A stretch of DNA of 64,000 nt from contig CAVTML010000001.1 of NCBI GenBank assembly GCA_963735865.1, positions 313,023-377,022 on the forward strand. The letters run 5' to 3'. How positions within the stretch are numbered: position 1 is the stretch's first letter; each line of letters begins with the position of its first letter. The translations under genes and the position numbers were made by a program. This DNA comes from an uncultured Chloroflexia bacterium (lineage in GTDB: Bacteria > Chloroflexota > Limnocylindria > Limnocylindrales > CSP1-4). The notes under the pieces are model-generated. The model worked only from the letters and a program-made list of their open reading frames with translations, was not told where the DNA came from and did no database searches. Below, piece by piece: positions 9,073-18,813 of the stretch.

Positions 9073-9789
9073 GTGGCCGCGTCGCCCCGACACCGGAATC
9101 AGGCGTCCGGCACCCCGCGCGCCGATCTGACGAGCCTGCACGTCGTCGTGCCTGTTCGCACGCTTGCGGGCGGCAAGGCACGCCTTGGCGAGGCGCTCGA
9201 CGCGGAGGAGCGGCAGGGCCTGATCGCGGGCATGCTGCGCGACGAGCTGGCGGTCCTCGGCGCATGGGGCCTCGCCACGGCCGTCCACGTGGTGAGCCCC
9301 GACCCCGAGGTCGCCCCGCTCGCGACGGCCGCCGGGGCGCACCCCGTCGTGCAGGTGGGTGACGGCCTGAACGAGGCGATCCGTGACGCCCGCGCGGCTG
9401 CGATGGGTGCCGGCGCGACGGCCCTCCTCATCCTGCCGGCGGACCTGCCGATGCTCGACGTGCCGGCCCTTGACCGGCTGCTCGGCGGGGCCGATGCGGC
9501 CATGGCGGCGGGCACGGGCGCCGCGCTGGCCGTGATAGCCGCGGCCGATGCCCGGGACGGCACCAACGCCCTGCTGCTCAGCCCGCCGGACATCATCGAG
9601 CCGCACTTCGGCCCGGGCAGCCTCGAGGCCCACCTGCGGGCCGCGCGCGACGCCAACGCCACGGTCCAGCTCGTGGTGGACCCGGTGGTCGGCTTCGACC
9701 TCGACACACCGGCCGACCTGGTGCGGCTGGACCCGGCCAGGCTGGCGGAGCTCGAGGCCCTCGGCGCGGCCTCCGTCGCCTCCGTCTGA
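9073..9789 (+). CDS. cofC: 2-phospho-L-lactate/PEP guanylyltransferase
   Basis: VPVRTLAGGKARL, GLNEA, ADLP, GTNALL, HFGPGSLEAH, FDLDTPADL; TACCAT -10 six nt before GTG 9073. Confidence 0.92.
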   Translation: MAASPRHRNQASGTPRADLTSLHVVVPVRTLAGGKARLGEALDAEERQGLIAGMLRDELAVLGAWGLATAVHVVSPDPEVAPLATAAGAHPVVQVGDGLNEAIRDARAAAMGAGATALLILPADLPMLDVPALDRLLGGADAAMAAGTGAALAVIAAADARDGTNALLLSPPDIIEPHFGPGSLEAHLRAARDANATVQLVVDPVVGFDLDTPADLVRLDPARLAELEALGAASVASV

Positions 9790-9806
9790 GCGCCCCGGTC
9801 CCGGCC

Positions 9807-10586
9807 GTGCATCGCCTGCTCGCGGTCGCGCTCCCCGCGCTGCCCGAGATCCGGCAGGGCGACGACCTGGCCGCCCTCATCGCGACCAGCTGGCGCGAGC
9901 TGATGGCGGCGGAGCCGGAACTTGCCCCGCGGGCCGGCGACGTGCTCGTGGTGACCCAGAAGATCGTCTCCAAGGCGGAGGGCGCCGTCGTCGACCTGCG
10001 CACGGTCATTCCGCGATCGGAAGCCCTTGCTTTTGGCGAGCGATGGGACCGCGATCCGCGCCAGGTGGAGGTGGTCCTGCGCGAGGCGGCCGATGTCGTG
10101 CGCATGGAGCGCGGCGTCCTCATCACACGGACCCGGCATGGCTTCGTGTGCGCCAATGGCGGCGTCGACGCGTCCAACGTGGCGCCCGACACGGTGACGC
10201 TCCTGCCGGCCGATCCCGACGCGTCCGCGCGCGACCTGCGGGCGCGCCTCGCCGAGCTGCTGGAGCTGCCTGCCGGCCAGGCGCCGGCCGTCCTCATCAG
10301 CGACTCGTTCGGGCGGCCCTGGCGGTGGGGCATCGTCGACGTCGCCCTCGGCCTGGCCGGTTTCGGGCCCCTCGACGACCAGCGCGGCCGGCCCGACACG
10401 ACCGGGCGGATCATGCGCTCCACCGTCGTGGCTGTGGCCGACGAGATCGCCTCGGCGGCCGAGCTCGCCTCCGGCAAGACGAGCGGCCGGCCCGTCGTGC
10501 TGGTCCGTGGCGCGGTCCTGCCGGCCGGCGACGGGTCCATCACCCGCGACGCCCTGATGGATCGGGCCAGCGACCTCTTCCCCTGA
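9807..10586 (+). CDS. cofE: Coenzyme F420-0:L-glutamate ligase
   Basis: VVTQKIVSKAEG, CANGGVDASN, SDSFGRPWRWG, AVADEIASAA; no nitroreductase C-domain. Confidence 0.93.
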   Translation: MHRLLAVALPALPEIRQGDDLAALIATSWRELMAAEPELAPRAGDVLVVTQKIVSKAEGAVVDLRTVIPRSEALAFGERWDRDPRQVEVVLREAADVVRMERGVLITRTRHGFVCANGGVDASNVAPDTVTLLPADPDASARDLRARLAELLELPAGQAPAVLISDSFGRPWRWGIVDVALGLAGFGPLDDQRGRPDTTGRIMRSTVVAVADEIASAAELASGKTSGRPVVLVRGAVLPAGDGSITRDALMDRASDLFP

Positions 10587-10623
10587 TCCGTTGCCGCCGC
10601 CCGATTCGGGTACCCTCCGCCCG

Positions 10624-11544
10624 ATGAGGATCGGCCTGCAGATCGACTCCTTCTCCTGGCCCGGCGGGGACCAGGCCATCGGCCCCACCTTCGCCCAGGT
10701 GGTGCGCACCGCCGACGAGGTCGGCTTCGACTCCATCTGGGTCATGGACCACTTCTTCCAGATCCGCGGCGTCGGGCGGCCCGAGGAACCGATGCTCGAG
10801 GGCATGACCGCGATGGGTTTCGCCGCAGCGCTCACGAAGCGAGCGGTCCTGGGCCTCATGGTCGGCGGCATCCACTACCGCGAGCCGGCGCTGTGGGTGA
10901 AGGCCGTGACGACACTGGATGTGCTGTCCGGAGGGCGGGCCTGGTTCGGCATCGGGGCCGGCTGGAACGAGGAGGAGTCGCGCGGGCTGGGCTTCCCCTT
11001 CGCCTCGCTCAAGGAACGATTCGAGTGGCTGGAGGACACCCTGCGCTTCGCCCACGCCATGTGGGAAGGCCCGCGCGGCTCGGAGGTGCCCTTCCAGGGC
11101 ACGCACCTCATGGCGAGCCGCCCGCTCAACAGCCCGCAGGCCCTGAGCCGGCCGCATCCGCCGATCATCGTCGGCGGCGGGGGCGAGCAGAAGACGCTGC
11201 GCCTCGTGGCCCAGTACGCCGACGCGTGCAACATCTTCGGCGGGCCCGACAACATCCGGCACAAGCTGGCGGTGCTGCGGGAGCACTGTGACAACGTGGG
11301 CCGCGACTACGCCACGATCGAGAAGACCAACCTCGCCGGCCTCGAGGTCCGCGTGGCGGGGAGCTCGAGCACGCGGCCCCTCACCGCCACGGAGCTGGTC
11401 GACCGCATGGGGTCGTGGGCCGACGCCGGTTCCCAGCACGCCATCTTCGGCCTCGACCGCGCGGAGCTGGCCAGGCTCGAGCTCATCGGCCGCGACGTGA
11501 TCCCCCAGATCCGGGGCCTTGGCTCACCCAGCCCGATCCCGTGA
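10624..11544 (+). CDS. LLM-class probable F420-dependent oxidoreductase
   Basis: SIWVMDHFFQI, TTLDVLSGGRAWFGIGAGW, GGGGEQKTLRLVAQYADACN; TACCCT -10 seven nt before ATG 10624. Confidence 0.88.
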   Translation: MRIGLQIDSFSWPGGDQAIGPTFAQVVRTADEVGFDSIWVMDHFFQIRGVGRPEEPMLEGMTAMGFAAALTKRAVLGLMVGGIHYREPALWVKAVTTLDVLSGGRAWFGIGAGWNEEESRGLGFPFASLKERFEWLEDTLRFAHAMWEGPRGSEVPFQGTHLMASRPLNSPQALSRPHPPIIVGGGGEQKTLRLVAQYADACNIFGGPDNIRHKLAVLREHCDNVGRDYATIEKTNLAGLEVRVAGSSSTRPLTATELVDRMGSWADAGSQHAIFGLDRAELARLELIGRDVIPQIRGLGSPSPIP

Positions 11545-11545
11545 G

Positions 11546-11562
11546 ATACTCCCCCCGGGTAT
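11546..11562. promoter_or_regulatory. CsoR/RcnR-type operator-like pseudo-palindrome upstream of trxB
   Basis: ATACTCCCCCCGGGTAT; same 17-bp ATAC-(C/G tract)-GTAT form as the site at copA (31699-31715); covers the -35 region of the TACGAT (11573) promoter. Confidence 0.6.
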
Positions 11563-11584
11563 CCGGCCGTGATACGATCGCGAC

Positions 11585-12679
<1,095 letters not shown>

Positions 12680-12684
12680 CCGGC

Positions 12685-13422
12685 CTGGAGCACGCCACGC
12701 ACGTCGCCCCGGCCAAGGGACGGCTCGCCGTCCTGCCCCGCCTCGGGCTGGGCCCGTCGACCGCGGAGGTCCTCAACCACTTCATCGACGATGCCCTGCC
12801 GCGGTCGGGGGCGGTGGTCCTCGACGCCGGCTGCGGCCGCGTCAGCGCGCTGACCGCCTTTCGGCCCCGCATCGCCCGGCTGGTGGGAGTGGACATCCAC
12901 ACCCCCGAGCCACCGCTGGCCTGGCTCGACGAGTTCCGCGTCGCCGACCTCTGCACCATGCCCGAGGCCTTCCCCGCCGCCAGCTTCGACGTCGTCCTCT
13001 CGTCGTTCACCCTGGAGCACTTCGCCGACCCGGACGCGGCGATGCGCCACATCCACGGCTGGTTGCGGCCCGGCGGCACGCTGATCGTGACGACCGTCAA
13101 CCGGCGCCATCCGCTGGTCAACGCCTACCTGTCGCTGCCGCAGGCGGTGGGACGCCCGCTGCAGCGCACGGTCAAGGAGACGGCGGCCGATGCCCATCCG
13201 CTCGTGGGGGCCTGCAACAGCCCGCGGCGCGTCCGCGAGGCGCTCTCGGAGGTCGGATTCGTGGCCATCCAGGTCCGCACCACCGCCCACCTGGCGCGCG
13301 CGTGGCAGCGGCGTCTGCCGGCCTTCGGCCTGGGCCTGCTCGGCGACATGGCCGCTCGGCGCTTCCCCGAGCGGCGCTCCACGATCGTGGCCCGGGCCAG
13401 GGTCGCCCCCCTGGAGGAGTAG
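12685..13422 (+). CDS. Class I SAM-dependent methyltransferase (start uncertain)
   Basis: VLDAGCGR motif I, SFDVVLSSFTLEHF, LRPGG. Confidence 0.78.
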   Translation: MEHATHVAPAKGRLAVLPRLGLGPSTAEVLNHFIDDALPRSGAVVLDAGCGRVSALTAFRPRIARLVGVDIHTPEPPLAWLDEFRVADLCTMPEAFPAASFDVVLSSFTLEHFADPDAAMRHIHGWLRPGGTLIVTTVNRRHPLVNAYLSLPQAVGRPLQRTVKETAADAHPLVGACNSPRRVREALSEVGFVAIQVRTTAHLARAWQRRLPAFGLGLLGDMAARRFPERRSTIVARARVAPLEE

Positions 13423-13471
13423 CTCGCTCCGGCGCAACGCGCTGGCTGCCGTTCCCGTCGATAATCCCCCG

Positions 13472-15628
13472 GTGCAGCCGACGGTCGAACCGCGCGGCCC
13501 TCGACCGACGAGCGGCGCGAACCCCCGCAGCCTGATCCTGCCGGCCGTACCCGGCCTGGATGACGTGCGCGTGCGGCTGTTCCTTACCAGCGGCACGCTG
13601 CTGTTCGTCGAGCTCCTGCTCATCCGCTGGATCCCGTCCGAAGTCATCTACATCGGCTTCTTCTCCAACTTCGTGCTGATGGGCAGCTTCCTTGGCATCG
13701 GCCTTGGCATCATCGCCGGGCGCAACGGGCGCCGACTGCCGCTGTCGCCCTTCGCCCTGCTGCTGTTCGGTGTGGTGCTGCTCATCTACCAGGCCCAGTT
13801 GAACGTGCAGGTGAGGTCGCCCGACGAGCTGTTCTTCGGGCTGGCCGAAAGTCAATCCGCCAACGTCAACTTCCTCGTGCTGCCCTTCGTGTTCCTGCTC
13901 GTGACCGGCCTCATGGCGGCCCTCGCCCTGCCCCTGGGGCCCCTGCTCAAGAGCCTGCCGCCGCTGCGCGCCTATGCCACCGACATCCTCGGGTCGATGG
14001 CCGGCATCGTCGCCTTCACGGCCCTGTCGGCGGCCGGCACCAACCCCCTCCTGTGGTTCGGCGTAGTGGCCATCCTGCTGCTCCTCCTGGCCCTGGGCAA
14101 CGGGGCATCCGCCTGGGGTCTGGTCAGCGGGATCGCGATGGTGGCCACCCTGTGGGTCGTCATGGCCAACGTGGCCGGCGGGGATATCTGGTCGCCCTAC
14201 TACCGCATCACGACCTACATCGACCAGAACAACGTCATGGAAGTCAACGTCAACGGCATCCCCCACCAGGCGCTCCACCCCGTCAACGGGCCGCAGGAAC
14301 CCTTCTACACGCAGGTCTACAAGTGGTTCCCCGGCCGGACGTACCAGAACGTGCTGGTCGTGGGGGCAGGCAGCGGCACCGACGTGGCCATCGCCCTGGC
14401 CCACGGCGCGGGCCACGTGGACGCCGTGGAGATCGACCCGGCCATCCTGCAGATCGGTGTGCAGAACCACCCCGACCACCCGTACCAGGATCCGCGGGTC
14501 ACGCAGATCAACAACGACGGCCGGGCCTACCTGCGCACGACCGACAAGAAATACGACCTGGTCATCTTCGCCCTGCCCGATTCCCTGACCCTGGTTAGCA
14601 GCACGGCCAACGTCCGCCTGGAGTCGTTCCTCTTCACCCAGCAGGCCTTCCAGAGCGTGCGTGACCACCTGGCCCCGGACGGCGTCTTCGTCCTCTACAA
14701 CTACTACCGCCAGACGTGGCTGGTGGCCAAGCTCGACGCCATGCTCACCTCGGCGTTCGGTACGCCGCCCTTGCTCCACACGTACTCCAGCGTGCAGGCG
14801 GCGCTCGCCGACGGCCCCGCGGTGGCGGCTCTCAACGGCGGCCCACCGCTGGGCGACACCGTCTCGCCGGTGCCCCCCGCGGGAGAGCCCACGCCCACGC
14901 CGGCGACCGACGACTGGCCGTTCCTCTACCTGCGCACGCCGTTCATCGAGCCCTATTACCTTGGCGCGCTGGGCTTCGTCTTCGTGCTCGCCCTCCTGAC
15001 GGTGGGCTTCGCCGCGCGCCAGACCGGCACGACGATCCGCCGCTTCAGCCCCCACTTCTTCGCCCTGGGGGCGGCATTCCTGCTGCTCGAGACACGCAGC
15101 CTGGTGAGCTTCAGCCTGCTGTTCGGCACGACGTGGCTGGTCAACGCGCTGGCCTTCTTCGCCATCCTCTGTAGCGTGCTGCTGGCGATCCTCATCAACG
15201 CCCGCTGGCACCTGCGGCGGCCGGGCCTGCTCTACGCGGCCCTCTTCGCGGCGCTGGCCGTGGCGTTCCTCATCCCGCCCGAGTCGCTCCTCCTGGATCC
15301 GCTCTGGCTGCGCTACCTGCTCGCCGCGGCCGTCGCCTTCGCACCGGTCTTCTTCGCCAACCTCGTCTTCACCTACTCGTTCCGCGACATCGCCACGGCC
15401 GACATGGCCTTCGCCAGCAACCTCCTGGGGGCGATGCTGGGGGGGGCCCTCGAGTACGTCGCCCTGATCACCGGCTACCGCGTGCTGCTGCTGTTCGTGG
15501 CGGCGCTCTACGGCCTGGCCTGGCTGTTCGCCAACCGGTGGCGTTTCCTCTCCGACGTGGACCTGGCGGGCGGGGCACCGGCGTCGCTGCCGGCGGGTGG
15601 AGGCGTGACGGGGGCCGCGGCGCCGTGA
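13472..15628 (+). CDS. Polytopic membrane protein with central spermidine-synthase-like SAM-binding domain
   Basis: N- and C-terminal TM bundles; VLVVGAGSGTDV, VEIDP, DGRAYL, YDLVIFALPDS, ATDDWPFLY; GATAAT six nt before GTG 13472. Confidence 0.82.
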   Translation: MQPTVEPRGPRPTSGANPRSLILPAVPGLDDVRVRLFLTSGTLLFVELLLIRWIPSEVIYIGFFSNFVLMGSFLGIGLGIIAGRNGRRLPLSPFALLLFGVVLLIYQAQLNVQVRSPDELFFGLAESQSANVNFLVLPFVFLLVTGLMAALALPLGPLLKSLPPLRAYATDILGSMAGIVAFTALSAAGTNPLLWFGVVAILLLLLALGNGASAWGLVSGIAMVATLWVVMANVAGGDIWSPYYRITTYIDQNNVMEVNVNGIPHQALHPVNGPQEPFYTQVYKWFPGRTYQNVLVVGAGSGTDVAIALAHGAGHVDAVEIDPAILQIGVQNHPDHPYQDPRVTQINNDGRAYLRTTDKKYDLVIFALPDSLTLVSSTANVRLESFLFTQQAFQSVRDHLAPDGVFVLYNYYRQTWLVAKLDAMLTSAFGTPPLLHTYSSVQAALADGPAVAALNGGPPLGDTVSPVPPAGEPTPTPATDDWPFLYLRTPFIEPYYLGALGFVFVLALLTVGFAARQTGTTIRRFSPHFFALGAAFLLLETRSLVSFSLLFGTTWLVNALAFFAILCSVLLAILINARWHLRRPGLLYAALFAALAVAFLIPPESLLLDPLWLRYLLAAAVAFAPVFFANLVFTYSFRDIATADMAFASNLLGAMLGGALEYVALITGYRVLLLFVAALYGLAWLFANRWRFLSDVDLAGGAPASLPAGGGVTGAAAP

Positions 15629-17643
15629 GCTTCGGCAGCGGCCGCGGCACGCGCGGCGTGCGCATGGCCGCCGGCGGGACCGGCCCGCGCGGCGGGCGTG
15701 GTTTCGGCATGGCCGGGTCGGTCACGCCCGTGCCGCGCGAGCGGCGGGGCACCACGATCCGCCGCATCCTGGCCTTCTTTGGCCCCTACCGGTTGCAGGT
15801 CTCCACGGTCCTGGTAGCGATCCTCGTCACCAGCCTGGTGGGCCTGATCAACCCGTTCCTGCTCAAGCTCCTCATCGACGACGTCTTCACGGCCGGGAAT
15901 TTCCAGAACCTGAACCTGTACGTCGGCCTGATGATCATCCTGCCCATCGCCAACGGCATGATCGGCCTGGGCCAGACCTACCTCTCCAACTCGGTCGGCC
16001 AGCACGTCATGCAGGACCTCCGCGACGCCCTCTACGTGCAACTGCAGCGCATGCCGCTGCGGTTCTTCACCGAGACGCGCACGGGGGAGATCCAGAGCCG
16101 CCTGGCCAACGACGTCGGCGGCGTCCAGTCGGTGGTGACCGACACGGCCACCTCGGTGGTGGCCAACGCGGCCACCATCCTCAGCACGATCGTGGCCATG
16201 ATCCTCATCGACTGGCGCCTGACCCTCCTGTCGCTGGGGCTCATGCCGTTCTTCCTGTACCTCACCTACCGCGTCGGCAAGGTGCGCCGGACGGTCAGCA
16301 CCGACGTGCAGGAGGCCCTGGCCGACATGTCGGCCATCAACGAGGAGACGCTCAGCGTCAGCGGGATGCTGCTGACCAAGACGTTCGGCCAGCAGCAGGC
16401 GGCGACGGACCGCTTCCGCAGGGTCAACGTCCGCCTTGGCATCCTGCAGCTCCGCCAGAGCATGGTCGGGCGCTGGTTCTTCATGATCGTGGGCACGGTC
16501 TTCAGCATCACGCCGGCGCTGGTCTACTGGTTGGCCGGGATGCTGCACGGGGCGCCCGACGCGCCGACCGTGGGCGACATCGTGGCCTTCACGACCCTTC
16601 AGAGCCGGCTCTTCTTCCCGCTCGGCCAGATGCTCAGCGTCCAGGTGGAGGTGCAGGGCGCCCTCGCCCTGTTCGACCGCATCTTCGAGTACCTGGACAT
16701 GGAGCCGGAGATCGTCGACGCGCCGGATGCGATCCACCCCGACCCGGCCACCGTCCGCGGTCACGTCCGCTACGCGCACGCCTCGTTCCGCTATCCGTCG
16801 GCGCCGCCGGTGGCCCTGGCGCCCGACGCGGAGGCCGTGCCGGAGGCAGATGTGCCGGTCGAGGCCGCCGAGGCGGCGCCCGACACCCCGGAACCACCGG
16901 AGCCGTTCGCCCTGGAGGACATCGACTTCGAGATGCGACCGGGCGAGCTGGTCGCGCTCGTGGGCCCGTCGGGTTCGGGCAAGACGACGACGACCTACCT
17001 GCTGCCGCGCCTGTACGACGTCAACGAGGGCGCGGTGGAGGTCGACGGCGTGGACGTGCGGCAGATCGCCCTTGCCAGCCTGGGCCGCATCATCGGCGTG
17101 GTCACCCAGGAGACGTACCTCTTCCACGCCAGCATCGGTGACAACCTGCGCTACGCCAAGGCGGATGCCACGGACGCGGAGCTCGAGGTGGCCGCCCGCG
17201 CGGCCGCCATCCACGAGCGCATCATGGAGTTGCCGGAGGGCTACGCCACGCTTGTCGGCGAGCGCGGCTACAAGCTGTCCGGCGGCGAGAAGCAACGCAT
17301 CGCCATCGCACGCGTCCTGCTCAAGGACCCCCGCATCCTCATCCTGGACGAGGCCACCTCAGCCCTCGACACGGTCAGCGAACGGCTCATCCAGGCCGCC
17401 CTGGACCGCGCCATGAGCGGCCGCACGACGCTCGCCATCGCCCACCGCCTGTCGACGATCCTGGCCGCGGACCTGATCCTGGTCTACCAGCGCGGGCGCA
17501 TCGTCGAGCGGGGGACGCATCGCCAGCTGCTGGCCCACGGCGGCCTCTATGCGCAGCTGTACCACGAGCAGTTCCTCAGCGCCGCCGCCCACAAGGACGA
17601 CGGGCGCGGCACGGCCACGGAGGCGGCCGGGGCGGTCGCGTAG
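15625..17643 (+). CDS. ABC exporter, fused permease/ATP-binding (MsbA/MdlB-like)
   Basis: TM domain; GPSGSGKTT Walker A; LSGGEKQRIAIAR; LDEATSALD; GTGA overlap with upstream gene. Confidence 0.92.
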   Translation: MSFGSGRGTRGVRMAAGGTGPRGGRGFGMAGSVTPVPRERRGTTIRRILAFFGPYRLQVSTVLVAILVTSLVGLINPFLLKLLIDDVFTAGNFQNLNLYVGLMIILPIANGMIGLGQTYLSNSVGQHVMQDLRDALYVQLQRMPLRFFTETRTGEIQSRLANDVGGVQSVVTDTATSVVANAATILSTIVAMILIDWRLTLLSLGLMPFFLYLTYRVGKVRRTVSTDVQEALADMSAINEETLSVSGMLLTKTFGQQQAATDRFRRVNVRLGILQLRQSMVGRWFFMIVGTVFSITPALVYWLAGMLHGAPDAPTVGDIVAFTTLQSRLFFPLGQMLSVQVEVQGALALFDRIFEYLDMEPEIVDAPDAIHPDPATVRGHVRYAHASFRYPSAPPVALAPDAEAVPEADVPVEAAEAAPDTPEPPEPFALEDIDFEMRPGELVALVGPSGSGKTTTTYLLPRLYDVNEGAVEVDGVDVRQIALASLGRIIGVVTQETYLFHASIGDNLRYAKADATDAELEVAARAAAIHERIMELPEGYATLVGERGYKLSGGEKQRIAIARVLLKDPRILILDEATSALDTVSERLIQAALDRAMSGRTTLAIAHRLSTILAADLILVYQRGRIVERGTHRQLLAHGGLYAQLYHEQFLSAAAHKDDGRGTATEAAGAVA

Positions 17644-17652
17644 ACTCGGGAC

Positions 17653-18120
17653 GTGGCACCGACCGGCCAGCTCAACATGGACCGCGCCAGCGTGCGCGAC
17701 CGGCTGCACGCCCGCGGCCTGCGCTGGACGCTCCAGCGCAGCACCCTGCTCGACGTGCTCGAGCAGACTGACGGGCATGTCACGGGCCACGAGCTCGTCG
17801 AGCGCTGCCGTGCGGTGGACCCGTCGACGACCCCATCGACCGTCTACCGCACGCTCGATGTCCTGGAAGAGCTGGGCGTGGTGCGGCACCACCACGGCGC
17901 CGATGGCCGTGAGGAGTTCCACGTCCGACCCGCGACGGCCCACGGCCACCTGCACTGCGGCGTCTGCGGCCAGAGCTGGGAGCTGGGCCCGGCCGAGCTG
18001 GCGCCCCTGGTGAGCGCCCTCCGGGCCGGGCGCGCGTTCGACGTGGACCTCTCGCATGTCACGGTCGCCGGCACCTGCCGCGACTGCCAGGCACGGCTGG
18101 ACGAGGCACACCTCGACTGA
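17653..18120 (+). CDS. Fur family metalloregulator (possibly Nur/Zur-like)
   Basis: STVYRTLDVLEELG HTH, HGHLHCGVC and CRDC motifs. Confidence 0.9.
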   Translation: MAPTGQLNMDRASVRDRLHARGLRWTLQRSTLLDVLEQTDGHVTGHELVERCRAVDPSTTPSTVYRTLDVLEELGVVRHHHGADGREEFHVRPATAHGHLHCGVCGQSWELGPAELAPLVSALRAGRAFDVDLSHVTVAGTCRDCQARLDEAHLD

Positions 18121-18176
18121 GCCCCGGGCGCGGTGACGCGGGGGCGGTCCGCCCGGCTCGCTAACGCGGGCTCACT

Positions 18177-18326
18177 CGTTGTCGTCTAGTCGCCAGCAGA
18201 CTCTTAAGCACCCGCGCAGCGGCCGTCCGTTGCTGTGCAAGCGTGGCCGTATGCCCCAGTTGGATACACGACAACGCGGACGGCCCATGCGTCGCATATG
18301 AGTCACTGGCGGACTAAGCAACGACG
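18177..18326. repeat. 150-bp modular palindromic intergenic element, copy 3
   Basis: CGTTGTCGTCTA-n10-GACTCTTAAGCACCC-n14-CGTTGCT-n6-GCGTGGCC-n20-CGACAAC-n14-CGTCGCATATGAGTC-n10-TAAGCAACGACG. Confidence 0.85.
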
Positions 18327-18411
18327 GCCGGTGGCCCGCAGGCTCGGCGCCGGCGAGCCGGCGGGCGGCGCCGAAGTAGCGCCCCTACACCGGCCGATCC
18401 CCCGGGGTTCG

Positions 18412-18660
18412 CTACGCGCCCTGCTGGACCTCGTGGAGGGTGTGGGCCTCCAGGCCGTGGGCCTCGCGATGGACACGAGCCGCGGTCTCTCGATCGGGCG
18501 CCTCGACGAGGCAGAAGACCTTGCCGGCCTCCTCGTCGACCCAGTAATGCTTGTAGTCCACGCCGTACTTGGCCTGGATACGGACGTCGGCCTCGTGCGC
18601 TCCGACCACGTCCGCGGCCGTCACGCCGGGCAGGTCGTGGACGTCAAGGAATGTCGCCAT
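18412..18660 (-). CDS. DUF4242 / SCO4226-like nickel-binding protein
   Basis: MATFLDVH...AHEADVRIQAKYGVDYKHYWVDEEAGKVFCLVEAPD...VHREAHGL; GAGGAGG RBS. Confidence 0.88.
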   Translation of the reverse strand: MATFLDVHDLPGVTAADVVGAHEADVRIQAKYGVDYKHYWVDEEAGKVFCLVEAPDRETAARVHREAHGLEAHTLHEVQQGA

Positions 18661-18813
18661 GGATAGCCTCCTCTTGGGGGGCGCCGGACCGGACCGCCGG
18701 ACGCTCGTGTCCCTTACGACGGGAGCGGCCGCCGCGGATCGCCACCTCCCCGCCGGAGCGCGGTTAGAGTGAGGCCGAGGTCCGGACGGACCGGTATCCC
18801 GAGGAGCCACGAG

